Source of the DNA: the human T2T-CHM13v2.0 reference genome, Homo sapiens
Direction: 5' to 3' (one strand)
DNA length: 64,000 bases
Assembly (NCBI RefSeq): GCF_009914755.1
Contig: NC_060928.1
The translations under genes and the position numbers were made by a program. The notes beneath the pieces are model-generated. The model saw only the letters and a list, made by a program, of their open reading frames with translations. It had not been told where the DNA came from and did no database searches. This document shows positions 11,714-24,496 of the stretch, in pieces (position 1 is the stretch's first letter; the number at the start of each line of letters is the position of its first letter).

Positions 11714-12609
11714 GTATGCCCAGGCTGAATCCCTCGTTTCTCTAAACCTTAAGTTGGAAGGTCTCTTTGTGGGAGTGCTCTTTTGGTTGTGGGTAGGAAT
11801 GGTAGCTTGAAGTCTCTCTGGCAGGTTGAAACAAACATTAAATACAATCAGGAAAATACAAGGAGGTCTAGGCACTGTGTCAGGAATGTAGGCAAGTCTA
11901 AGGAGTCAGGCAAGTTGCTAATTTGCCACCAGTAACCACTACTGCCTGGGGGGTTCTGCCCCTTTACCTCTGTCCCCATCTCAACTAGACAGTACATATC
12001 TTAAAAATAGAAAGGCAAAGCCACTAGGTGCTTAGAAGAGGGCAGTGAGGCAAGGGGAAGTTCTATAAGAGGAGTGGTTGAATCCTTCAGCTGTTGGATC
12101 ATTCCATCTCCCACTCTATTATTTCTAGCCTGAATCACATAGACATGGTGTGTTGCGGTTAGAGCGGCCAGGTGGAGATGGCCCCATTTCCTCTAAGGGG
12201 ACTTGATTATTCACTTTCCAGAAGCACAACAGCAACTCTTTTCTCAGGAAGGGAAGCCATTGCAAATCTGGAGAACAATACTGCCTTAGTCTTCAGGGAA
12301 CTTCTCTATAGAAGGCCCCTCATTTAGATGATATTCTAAAGGCCTGGGACAATAATCCGGAAAGACAATTTCAATCATCTTAATGATCCCTAAATTATTT
12401 CAATTACCTAACCAACCCTTCAAATAAGACAGTGCTTCAAGAAGGCACAATCACATTAATCAGACATCCTAGAATGACAGCACTAGAAGAGACTTTAGTC
12501 AAAATTGATCTAAAGCAAATAATTCCTTAAAATAGCAGTGTTGGTAAAACATTATCTATGCTTAAACCCTACACCAGCAGGCGGTGCACATACTCACAGG
12601 CATTTTGAT

Positions 12610-12970
12610 GTAGGAGAAAGCACTCGGCTTTGGAGGCAAAAGAGACTTTGGGTCCCGGCTCTGTGCTTTACTATGTGAATGTAGGCTATTTTATCTTTAA
12701 CTTCCTGATATATTTACAGTGAAAGAGAAAATGGTATCTTTTTCATTTTGCTCATCTGAGCATGAGGTGAGACAATATGAATAAAGCATCAAAGAACATG
12801 CTTAACAATTGGTATTTTTCTTCCCAGCCTTTTCATGGTTACAATATGCCTTCTGCCTTTAAGTACTGCCACAAACCACGTGACCTCAAGAAAAGTACTT
12901 AACCTCTCTGGGCCTCAACTTCTTCGAATGTAAAATGAAATCCTCAGACTGATTGATTCGAAGGTCCCTC
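12610..12970 (+). mobile_element. Two adjacent MIR fragments
   Basis: gcactcggctttggaggc...gggtcccggctctgtgcttta and gtgacctcaagaaaagtacttaacctctctgggcctca...tgtaaaatg. Confidence 0.6.
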
Positions 12971-13549
12971 CAAGGACATTTTTTTACTAAAATATGAAAC
13001 ATCATGGTGGATTTCTGAAGGCATTACCTTCACTTTCATTCCCTTATAGCCAGCTGTTATCATAGGCTTGGCTGGGCTAGACATAATTACTTTTTCCCTA
13101 TGGAGTCAAGAAACAAACTAAATGGCAGTGTCCTTGAATAATTTATTTGACTCCTATAATTAGTACATTATCATTGTTGCTATGGAAGAAGTAATTTACA
13201 TTTTGAAAGGGTATTTTACTTCTTTTATCTCTGAATGTATTTTAATCCTTTTACTACTTGGAAGACGTGACTCCATTATTTAATGTCAATACTCCGCATA
13301 TCCCGTTATTTGGGTGGGGTCAGTTATCATCTGCAATGTCTGATGAGGTTAATGCACTGGGACTCTGAGCGCCTACATTCAGTTAATGAATTTGAAGCAG
13401 AGTCTCCGGAGTGTGCACACTATGAGTACCTTATCAGTCCCTAAGTTTTTGTTTGCTTTTTGGTAGTGTGATCTGTAGAATAACAGTTTATGTATATACA
13501 ATGTTTAATCCTGAAAACTAGGTGTTGGATTTGGGAATGTGTAGTTCTG

Positions 13550-13760
13550 TGGAAGGAATATATATTCTGTGATCAGACATAGATTCAAATCTAGACTTCA
13601 TCATTTATTTGCACATGACCCTGGCTAGGCACTTTATGAATCTGAATTTCATTTTTTTGAAATGAAATTCAAAATAAAGACACCTATAAAATAAAGACAC
13701 TATTGACCTTCAAGATGATTGTGATATTACATGAGAAATTATTTGTCAAAATACCTTTTA
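13550..13760 (+). mobile_element. MIR SINE
   Basis: tcagacatagattcaaatctagacttcatcattta...tgaccctggc...gattgtgatattacatgag. Confidence 0.55.
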
Positions 13761-14064
13761 AATACATCTCTATACCAGTGCAATGCCTTATTTTGATCAG
13801 TGAGATTACTATCTATCAGTTCCAGGAGACATTAGCTTGGAGAGAATTATAGGCAAGAGAAGGTGAATAAGATTTGTATCTTACAGGAGAACTGCTGAAG
13901 AAGAACAGCAGTAACTGAAAGTTTGTTAGAATAAGTGCCCTGGAGTTCGTGTTGTCATCACACTAAAAAAAGGCACAATACAGGATGAAAGGCAGTGAAA
14001 GCCCTGGAAGCAGCCATGAGAGATTCCTTTTCAGTCTTCTGACAACCTGATGATAGTAAATATT

Positions 14065-14395
14065 GGCAGTCAATGCAGTTGTTTTGGTTCTTCTCACCCC
14101 AGAAACATAGTAGGATTGTACGTCTCTGCTCCTTTGAAATTAGATGAGGTCTTGTGACTTGCTTTAGCCAATGAGGTGTACACAATTATGACATGCATTC
14201 ATGACCAGATGGCAGCTACTCCCTTGACCAAATGCTCACCACCCATGAGGACAATATAGATGAGAGGCCACAGCCGACCAGTGAAAGCCATGAAAAATAA
14301 GCACGGTGTAAATGTGTGTTGCCTTAAAACATTTTATGTTTTTTTGTTTTGTTTTGTTTTGTTAGTTCAACGTAAATTAGACTCTCCTGATAGAA
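14065..14395 (+). mobile_element. Old MLT1 (ERVL-MaLR) LTR
   Basis: cctttgaaattagatgaggtcttgtgacttgctttagccaatgag typical of MLT1I/J-type LTRs. Confidence 0.6.
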
Positions 14396-14879
14396 TAAGT
14401 TAAGGTAAGTAACTCATTCAGAGGTTTATGAGAATCTCTGCTTTTTCAATGGAGAAGCCAGAAGCAAGAATTGGAGTGGATCTTAATATGGGGGAGTTTC
14501 TGGGGAGTGTGAGTGTGAGAGAGAATCATGCTCTTCAGAGAAAGGGCTAGTCAAAGGACCTGTGCTGTGCTGTTCAAGCAGTTAGAAATCAGAGACCCAG
14601 ATTCTGCCCAGTGCCTGCTCCTATTTTTATTATCCTATTTCTATCTCATTACAATTTATACAGGGCGGGCCATTATGTATGTTAATACGCTTAAGAAGAA
14701 CTTTGTAATTCTCTTAAGACCTAATTTGCTATACAGCTACGATTATATTAAGAAAGACAGCAGCCATCATTAGGTGTTTTCACATTGGTTAGACAAAGAA
14801 GACCATAGTAGCAAAGTAGCAATGGATGCAAGGGGAAAAGTGGTAGCTTTCATTGATGATCTTATGCATACACCTCAAA

Positions 14880-15285
14880 ACTTTTCTAGTCTATGTAATC
14901 TTAGTCTCACTGCCTCTCCAATCTCATCCCATGCTTTCTCCTGTTTTCATTTTATTTCTCTCAGTGAACTCCAGCTTCTTCTTCTAATATCAGCTCAATT
15001 GCCACTTTTCAGATGCCTTCCTTGGCCCTTCTGAGTATATGAAATAATCTTGTTACTTACTCTCATAATTTTATGCACCCTTAGTTTGCAGCACTTACCA
15101 TGATTGTTATTTCTACATTTAGTTTTGTAATTTTCTGATTAGAGACTATCTCCCTCATTAAGTCTATAAACTACATGAGGGAAGGGGGGTTTAATCTGTA
15201 TTCAATCACCTTTGTATATTTAGACACTAGCACAGTGCCTAACACGTGGTAGCACTCAACAGGTATTGGCTAAGTGAATAATCAA
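14880..15285 (+). mobile_element. L2 3' fragment
   Basis: tagcacagtgcctaacacgtggtagcactcaac...tgaata L2 tail. Confidence 0.65.
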
Positions 15286-15319
15286 TTAAAGTCACTATCA
15301 CTATGGTGGTCATCTAACA

Positions 15320-15490
15320 TACTCACCTTTTTGACCACTCAAAACCATGTGACATAGGTAGCTGTCTTCATTTTCAAAATGAGGATTGGTTAACATATTT
15401 GCTCCAAGTCATACTTATAGATGGTGAAGCCAGATTTTGAATCATGTTTATCCGACTTCAAAGGCTGTGATCTTTCCATTACATGCCTCT
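15320..15490 (-). mobile_element. MIR fragment
   Basis: cattttcaaaatgagga...tgaagccagattttgaatc...gacttcaaaggctgtgatctttcc. Confidence 0.5.
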
Positions 15491-16042
15491 GCCTCACCAG
15501 AGACTAAAGAAATGCTTTAATTTCGAGGGAGTTAATAATGCATGGGACCTGAACTGAATATAATTTTATGCTGTTCTGCACTAGAAGAATTTTTTATTAT
15601 CCAGCTGTAGCTTTGTGCCTTCATCTCTTATCGAGAAGAGGTAATTATCTTCATTAAAAGGCAACCCCTTTTCTCCCATATAACTTTGATGCAGTGGGTA
15701 AAACACTATTTTCTTTACTCCTTGCTCCCTATAAAGTACTATCTTCAAAAGCTGTCAAAGTTTGCAAGCAGATGGCCAACTATTATTCACTCCTTAAGTT
15801 CCTCTGCAGCAATGTATCATCAGGTCCATCAGCAAATAGTAACATATGAATACATATTGTCTCATCTTTAGTATCTCCAAATGTCGCTTTAACATTTGGT
15901 ATTCCACTCTGGTTCCTAATTAAAGAAAGCTCATTTCCAATTCCCCTGACTGATATCTACCATTTCAACAATGCCCTTTATGTTTGTCCTAGAATATTCA
16001 TCATTGTCTTATTAACACAGTTGTCTTCAAATAAAATGGTAA

Positions 16043-16374
<332 letters not shown>

Positions 16375-17839
16375 TCCTGACTTTTTAAAAGTCTTTGATT
16401 ATTTATTTCTATTTGACATCCTCTTCTGTCTTAGGTTATGATTCCACCCTGGACTCATACACAGTGACATCTGCCACCTGAAACTTGATGGGCATTTTTA
16501 CCTTTTTAAGCTCTTTATCACACTTATCCCTCTCCTGCTGCTGCTAGCCTGACTGGTATCTTTTCTGCAGCTCCCACTCACTGTCCCCTTTTCCATCTTT
16601 CTTCTCCGGGCTGTTTATCTCACACCCTCAGCCTGCCCCACTCTTTGCTCACGTTCGCCGAGGTCTAATACCGCTCATGTCATTCATTTCCCTCTCATAT
16701 TCATTGAGCTTCTTAAGAAGATCAGTTCGTCTGTGTGATTTAATATCTAGTTCTTAATTTTATACCTAAGAGATAATACTCAAAGAAAATCATTCTTACC
16801 AACTCTGCTCTGTGTTTGAAAGGCATTTGATCCTATCACAGTGACATTGATTTGCATTTTGAATTTGTTGCCATTTAAAATAAATTAAAATTTTGTCTTA
16901 GCTTATAATCAGATTACAGTAGCAGCACGAATCCACCTGACTTTAAAAATCTGGAGAGAGCCATTTGCTTGTATAATAGGTCAACTCAAATATCACTTTG
17001 AATATATATTGTAAGGCTGGTACTAGGATTTCTGTGATAATAACTCTGCTAAAAATTAAAGGATTTGAGCATGAGTAAAGACTCTTTTATAGGCACATTA
17101 AGTGATAGGGAGTATGTAGCTTTTAAAAAACAGGCTTAATGGCAAGAAGTAGAATGTATTTGCTTTGAGTGAGCTGCTCAGAAAACAGGATGGATGGTGG
17201 AGTGACTCTAATGAAGGTGAACCCCTAGCACCAGGGGGCCCCTATTCTTGCTCCCACAGCCTTGGGTTGTTTATAACTGGTGAGGTCACAATATGGGACA
17301 TTCAAACATCTGATAATATCCTTTTAAAATGACAGAAATAAACCTGATTGAATTGCCATATAAAAGTTAAGTTTCTTAACTAGGCATGAAGCCCTGATGA
17401 ATAATGGATTCAAATTAGGGCTAGTGAGAATAAGGAAATGAACCTAAATACATTTTGCCTATCATTTCAAAGCAAACTTTTATTTGCAATTGTATTTTAA
17501 GGGAAAATAAGTATGTTTGCTAAGGACATTTGTAAAATAGAAATAGAAGGCACAAATCAAATCGAATCTAGTTAAATATCACTCTGGTTAATGCATATTT
17601 AGCTGAATAATATTTTTGAAAATTTTAAGTTTAAAGTAATAATATATTTAATTATACTCTAGACTATATTAACAAAAGCACATTATCCCAGTTTTTTCTG
17701 TACTGGTTAACACAAGGTAAAATTCCATCAGAAATACACATCAAATGTAAGCTTGACATTACAAAATTGGACAGTGATGAAATAGAGAACACAAAGAAAA
17801 ATGACCGAGATGGTATTGCATTTGGAATGGATGTTCTGA

Positions 17840-19100
17840 CTATTTATTCATTCATGCAGATACATTCAATGGGCTCCCTGGAAGATACTAGTGATGCAAT
17901 AATAAATATGACAAACATGTCCCCAGCTTTACAGAAGAAATGAAAAGACTGTTGAAAATCATAATGAGGTGATTAATGTTACAGGAAAAGCAGAAAAAAT
18001 AGGAGAACATATAGGAAGGTGCCTATTCAAGTTTAGGAATCAGAGGAGAGTGTGTGGAAGAAACACAGAATGAAAAAAGAGGCATAATTTATTCTCTTCA
18101 GAAGGCTTAGTGAATCAGAGAAAGTATGGTGTCTTGAGAAATTGATAGCAAATCAGGAAGTTTGGTGAGTAATTTCAAGGGAGAAGAGTAGGAAAGACAA
18201 AACAGAAACAGTAGTGGAACCAGATACTGAGAGTTCTATTAGCCAGGCATTGCAGTTTGCATTTAATCCTAGGAACAAATGGGACAGCATCTTGGTATTA
18301 CACAGCTCTAGCAGGTGATGGCCATTGTGGTCTCTCTATTGTTAGTAACAGCCTACAAAGTCGTGTAGCGCATAACCTGTGCAACTGTCTACATTGATCC
18401 CAAATGGGAAGTCCTTTCATATCTGCAAACAGAAGAGTGATATAATTTTGGGGGGTTATAACTATATAAGAACACTCTAGCTGCTATGCAAAACACAGAT
18501 CGTTTGTCATATATATGTATATATACACACATTCATTTATTCACTCATAAGCAAATCTTTATTATATACATGTATTATGAGTCAGGAACTCCCCTACTTA
18601 TTGTAAGATTCAGCAGTTAGTAAGATAGTCAAGGTCTCCATAAGTATGGAGCTTGTATTCTGGTATGGGGGAAATAGAAAAAAATAATTTATCACTAAGT
18701 AAACAAAATAGTTTCAAATGCTAGGTGTTATGTAGAAAAGGAGGTAACACATATGTAGATTTGAAAGATTCAAAGGAGTTAACCATGTGAAGATCTGGAG
18801 GCACAGGACATTAGGAACAGTAAGCATGAAAACCTAGGCAAGAATATTCTAGATCAAGGAACAAAAAGATGAGAGTGTCTGGAGCATAGTAGGTCAAGGA
18901 AAGTGGAGCAAAAGGAATTCAAAGAGGCAGTCTGAGGTCTAATCAAATAAGTCTCTGTAGGGGTGGTTAAAGAATCAGATGTGTGGATATATACAAGAGA
19001 AAACAAATTGAAAACAGAATAAATATGGTCAAATACATGGTGGTAATTCCATTTAAAGGGGACTTAAAACTAATTCTATATTGCTGCTGTCGAACAAATT
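17840..19100 (-). mobile_element. L2 fragments (at least two)
   Basis: attcattcat L2 tails near 17845 and 18530 followed by purine-rich L2 text. Confidence 0.55.
18290..18402 (-). mobile_element. MER91-like hAT-Tip100 fragment
   Basis: gtgtagcgcataacctgtgcaactgtctacat resembles the MER91 terminus. Confidence 0.45.
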
Positions 19101-20609
19101 AGGTGAAAAGGGTGGTTGTTAAAAAAAGGAAGATTCTATTTTCACAAACCGTCCATGAACAGAGCTGCTGTCACTTGAGATATTTATGCAGAGTCAGTGC
19201 AAGGAAATTCTGCTCTGTGGGAAAGGTCCACTGTGCAAAAAGTAGACAATTTGCTTCTAACGTCACTTCCCACTATAAATATTCTTAGTTCATTGGGGGA
19301 AAATAAGGTGCATAAAGATTTCCTAAATTCAATATCAGAATCTTTTTGGACCATGGTCATTGACATTTGTAGTTTCAGTGTACACAGGAAAAGATGAGGA
19401 GGCCCACTCTCTGTTGTTCTGAATCCCTCCTGAATTTCCACTTTTTTTTTTTAACATGTGGGTTTCAGGCTCTACTTTATGATTGCTTTCATGTGACATA
19501 AACCTATCTTGCTATTAGTCACAGACAGAAAAATGTAGCATTTTCCTACAAAAAATACTAGTTTAAAATAAATAGGATAATCAGGCTTTAGAAAGGAAAA
19601 TCAAAATGTCCATATTCTTAAACAAAAGCATTGAGACATTTTTTTCCTTTTCTATTTTTTTAAGCTCATATATTTTTTGATCTGCTTTTTCAGATTATAT
19701 GTTTGGTCTTCACATCTATGTACATGTTCAAGAGTGAACATCTTAATCTTTCTAAGATTACATTTATTATACAGCTAGTAGTACATTGTTTAGTCAAAGA
19801 GTTGGAAAGAAGTTATGCTTGGGTGTCATATGTTTGGTTACGTTAAGCAATGGGTACAAAGGAAAGAGGATGAGCTCACTGAGCATCTCCTTATGGACAT
19901 ACTTCAGCACCTTCCATCCGTCTTTAGAATAAAGACATTAGTTTTTCTCTTGGCTTGCATAATCCCACCTGTTCTTGATCCCATGGCCTCTCTAGCATCT
20001 TCTCACAAAAAGCATGCAAGCATCAATTCTAAATTAGTTGTACTTCTTCTTTTCTTAAAGCCTTTGTACTGAAATATTTAAGGGTTTTTTTTGGTATGGG
20101 GTTTCTGAAATATAAAGATTGAAACATTTAAATATCTTAATCTAACTTTCTGTCTCAGTACAGCAGATAATGAAACTAAACATAGGTAGGTTCCCCTTGA
20201 AGATTTTAAAAGGGTCGTGTGTCAATGCTTTAATATGGTGCTGTGAAAACTTACAGGTTTTACACTTAAAAATATTATAGAGAAAACACTGCATTTTGAT
20301 GTGATGCAAAGATAATTCCTTTAGAAGGAGTGGATGCCTTAAACATTTTGTGGACAGCAGAATTTTTTTTAGGACTGATGAGTTGCTTTTGATCATCTTA
20401 GTTTTCTGCATTTGTGACTCCTGCTGCTCCATTTTTCAGAATTCATTTAGTTTTACATTAGCCTGTGTTCATTTAGTACAAGATAAGGATAACACTCTTT
20501 TGCCAGATCATCAACTTTTAAAGGATTCATCTTCACTAATAAAGTAGAAGATTGTGTCAATTAGTCAAATAATTGGAGCAAAACCTGAACGGTTCTCTGC
20601 ATTTTTCCT

Positions 20610-20735
20610 TCAGCTTTTTTAAGGTATAATTGACAAATAAAAATTATATGTATTTAAAGTGTACAACTTGATGGTTTGCTATATGTATGCATTGTTGAAA
20701 TGATCACCACAATCAAGCTAATTAACATCCATGTA
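20610..20735 (-). mobile_element. L1MA9/10-like 3' end fragment
   Basis: aaggtataattgacaaataaaaatt...gtacaacttgatg...atgatcaccacaatcaagctaattaacatcc. Confidence 0.75.
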
Positions 20736-20774
20736 TTTAGTTGCACTGCAGTATCACATTACAAATGTAAACAA

Positions 20775-20890
20775 TTGGCTGCTCTGCCTATGGGCTAACC
20801 TGCTCTGTCTATGGAACAGCCAATTTCCAATACTCTGTTCCTCTAATAAACTGACTTTGCTTTCACTTAAGAAAAAAAAAAAAGAAAAAG
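20775..20890 (+). mobile_element. Retroposed ERV1 LTR (MER41-like) 3' fragment with poly(A) tail
   Basis: ggctgctctgcctatgg...ctgctctgtctatgga...AATAAA(20845)...gctttcactt then an A-rich tail; flanked by aaatgtaaa direct repeats. Confidence 0.75.
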
Positions 20891-22174
20891 AAATGTAAAT
20901 GAAGTGTAAATGTAGCTTTGTTAAAGTACATTTTGCATTGCCTTTTACTGGCTGACAGTGGTCAGGAGAACTTCTTTATACCTCAGTCCAATATTGCTAT
21001 AAAGCTTACAAAGTTAATCTTGTGCATTTAACTATTCTAAGGGACCTCTCTGGTTTAAAAAATTAAAACAAAAACAAAAAACAAAATCTGAAACACTAAA
21101 GTAAAAAAACAATTGAACCTAATCCTTTTATAGGTATAATCAATGACAAATTTGTACAATTTAAAAATTTACTTTGATGTATCTCTACCTTGACATTTCA
21201 ATTTTAATTTTTTATGCTTTCTTAAAGTAGCACAGATTCCATTGCTGTTTTAGCTCTATGTACTGTCATCTATACATTTTATTTCCTCTTTTGGTTGTTT
21301 TGAATTTCTTTGACTGTAGAATAAAAGAGGGCAGGGTCAAAACCTTTTGTATAATACGCAGCATGATGATATGAATCAATTATGGATAACAGCTATAAAT
21401 ATTTTTTCATTTCCTTGAACAGTTGGGGCTTGGATATAATCTTCACTGTCCTTGAAAAAGAGTTTTCAAATGGATTTTCTTCCCTGTAAAGTGAATATGA
21501 GTCTGTATTTGCCCATAAAACTCTTTGTGCAAAATTTCAGCTTTAAAAAATTAAATCTGAAAGTTGCATAGATTCATGCTCCCTGTGCTAAAATTATGTT
21601 AGAAATGAAAAGTGCCTGAAAACAGGGATAATACAATGCAAATTGGTCTTTGCATGTCATTAACCTGACATCGATGATGTGCCTTGCTCAATTTCAGTAT
21701 TTAATAAGTGTCCAATTTTTAAAGTATGAATAAAAATTAGAAACAATAACAAGTAAGTTACTTTCCAATAAATAGACATGTCCTCACTGATTTAAGGATA
21801 GTAATTGGGTGTAGCACATTAACTAAGTGGCCTAGAGCAATTTTGTAATAATCTTCTAAGAGCTTAGGGAAAAAAAATCAACATTTTATTACTCTTAACA
21901 CACTGCAGTTACTGCTTCTCTTAATTCATTTTAGTGAGCTGTCAATAAATTTCACTCCATTAGATGCTGAATTTAATTAGCTCCAGGGTCACATTTTATG
22001 TGATTTCTAAATTGTGTGCTATTTACAATGTCTAGTAAATGTTACCTGTGGCAACATAAATATATTTAATCTATAGCCAGTAGTAGACAATTATTTTTCA
22101 TTCCCTGGATATTACACATTCAAAACTGCTGTTTCTGATTACTTTCTGAGCTCTTCAGCTATGTTGTATGGGAA

Positions 22175-22346
22175 CAGGACCAGCTACATAATTTGTGGTT
22201 CCTAATGCTAAATGAAAACACGAGTCCCCTGTTAAAAAGTTACTAAGAATTTTTAAGATGGGAACAGTAGAATTGGAGCAGGGACCTTTTAAAGAGAGAC
22301 ACCCTGTGTGACTGCACAGGTCACACACACCCATGAACTCAGCCTG
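22175..22346. mobile_element. MER45A hAT-Tip100 non-autonomous element
   Basis: caggaccagctacataatttg...ctgtgtgactgcacaggtcacac...ccatgaactcagcctg. Confidence 0.8.
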
Positions 22347-22689
22347 GTGTATGAGTATAGCGTATTTTGAACAAAAATAATATCTAATGTGTATAAATTG
22401 TATTATTGGTAAATATCATGCTTGGGTAAATATGGATAACCAGAGATCAGTCTACTATGTATAAAGACAGAAACTGTGATCTCCTTGACTTTCAGCAAAA
22501 ATGACTTAGGTTTATCATGTAAACAGAATGTTCTTAGAAAAAGACACATTATCCTTTGATCAAGTGTTTGATCTAAAAATCTATATCCCATATAAGTAGA
22601 TGCCAACACCAGGCATTGTTTTTAAATTTGAACATCTTATTCTAAATCAAGATCCTATTTAACTCAGTTTTTCTTTGAAGCTGTCATGT

Positions 22690-23100
22690 GGTATAAAATG
22701 CTGGTATTCGACTTCCTCTCTATTCTTCTGTTCTTTTTCCGTAACAGAATACTGGCAGGGTGCTATGCGCAAAAGCTACATTTACACTCTCTACATTTAC
22801 TTGAAGAGACCTGTGACCAACACACTTTAAGTAAAACTCTTTTATTACTCCTTTTCTTCCTGTCTGTCACAACTGTGAAGGCTGAAGCTTCAGCAGTTAT
22901 ATTTGAACCATGGGGCAACCTTGAGGATGATAGAGGTATACAACTTACGGTGCAACAGATAGACAAAAGAAGCCTACTTCATTGATGACTTTGAAAACAT
23001 TTTAAACCAGCCCTGAATTGCCTGTATAAATGAACGACCGCTTACTTTATTTCAATCTCTGAAATCCCGTTTATTAGTTGAAGCACAACTTTGACTGATA
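22690..23100 (+). mobile_element. Old ERVL/MaLR LTR (LTR33/MLT1K-like)
   Basis: gtgaaggctgaagcttcagcag...accatggggcaaccttgaggatga...ccagccctgaattgcc. Confidence 0.45.
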
Positions 23101-24444
23101 CCGGAGATAACGTTCCCTTTTTTTTTTTTAATTGTGTTTTACTGGATCCTGCTATTGTTGTGGTAATAACAGATAGATATAAAGCATCTCCTCTATATGA
23201 TAACATAAGTAGAGAAAGGTTCTTTAAAATAAAATAAACGTAACTCCACTTCATTTTGTTATAAGAGCTTTCAAAATCTGGCCAATTGTTTGCTTTGCTT
23301 GTTCTATAAAAGTAATTAGAGTTTTCATTTTGTTTTGTATTTGTTTTTTATTTTTGTGCCTGTTTGTCTTATTTTCTTGGTTTCTTTTAACCTGTTACAA
23401 ATTACCTTAGGGTTTATTCATTCATTTAAGCAGTGACCCAAACTGATGACACAAAAACAAATAACATACGCCATCAACACTTAAATGACTCAGAGCTTAA
23501 TGAGAGATTAAATTTGTAAAATATAACTTGAAATACAACTTAGTAAGACTTACAATAGAAGGAAAAAATAATACAGGTTTCCAGTTCCACTAAAACAAAT
23601 GGCTACCTTCCTTCCTAGGAAACTTAGAAGCGCTAGTAAACATCCAACCTTGATGATCCAACCTAGAATCTGATGATGCCTCTTAGACCCATTGCTAAAT
23701 AAATAAAACTTTGTTCTTTGACTTTTTCCAACTTTGTGAATAAGAAATGTTAGATTGACTTTATAAATTATTCTCTCCACCCATGTAGAATCTAAGGATG
23801 TGATTTAGATTTTAAAAAATAAGCTTTATATTTAAAAAAAAAGTATTGATTTATTTCAAGAAATAGAGCAGGGTTCATGACTTTCCTTTAGGTAACATGT
23901 ATTTCCTTCTGTTAAATCTATATATTATGCCTGACAGAGGTGCCATTAACTTTTAAGTCACTATTACTTAGGTACTATTTGGTTACACTCTAAATTTTCT
24001 TCTCAGTGTTTCTGCCATTCATTCATTTTCAATATTTTAGTGGAGTTTTGTCCAGCTGAGATAATATATTTCTTTCTCAACAGGATTCTGTAGTAGACTG
24101 CTGAAAAGTATAATTTCACATATGTATGATAAAAAAAAAAGGAAAGCGAAGCTGCACTTGATAAGAGACCAGACTAGTGAAGGCTTCAAAATAGATAGAG
24201 GATATAGTCTTTATCAGTAGATAAAACTTCAACAACTACTACCTTTTTAGTTTAAAAAAAGAAGAAATTCACAATTTTAAAACACTTCTAGATACATGAA
24301 ATATCTAAAAGCAAGTCAAATAATGTGACCTACTCAGACTTCAAACTCAAAAACATAGTAGACAAACTAAAATAATAAATACATTTTAAATGACATTTTG
24401 AACACCTAAGGTGTTAGAAAAACATTTTTTGATTATATAATCAC

Positions 24445-24492
<48 letters not shown>
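24445..24492. repeat. Compound (TA)n(CA)n microsatellite
   Basis: tatatatatatacacacaca... Confidence 0.97.

Positions 24493-24496
<4 letters not shown>

Noticed and set aside
19103-19441. Three overlapping short ORFs
   Set aside because: No recognisable homology or splice framework; expected by chance
20255-20536. Minus-strand exon candidate (ttctactttattag acceptor, cct|gtaagt donor)
   Set aside because: Stops in all frames, weak exonic donor bases and no other support
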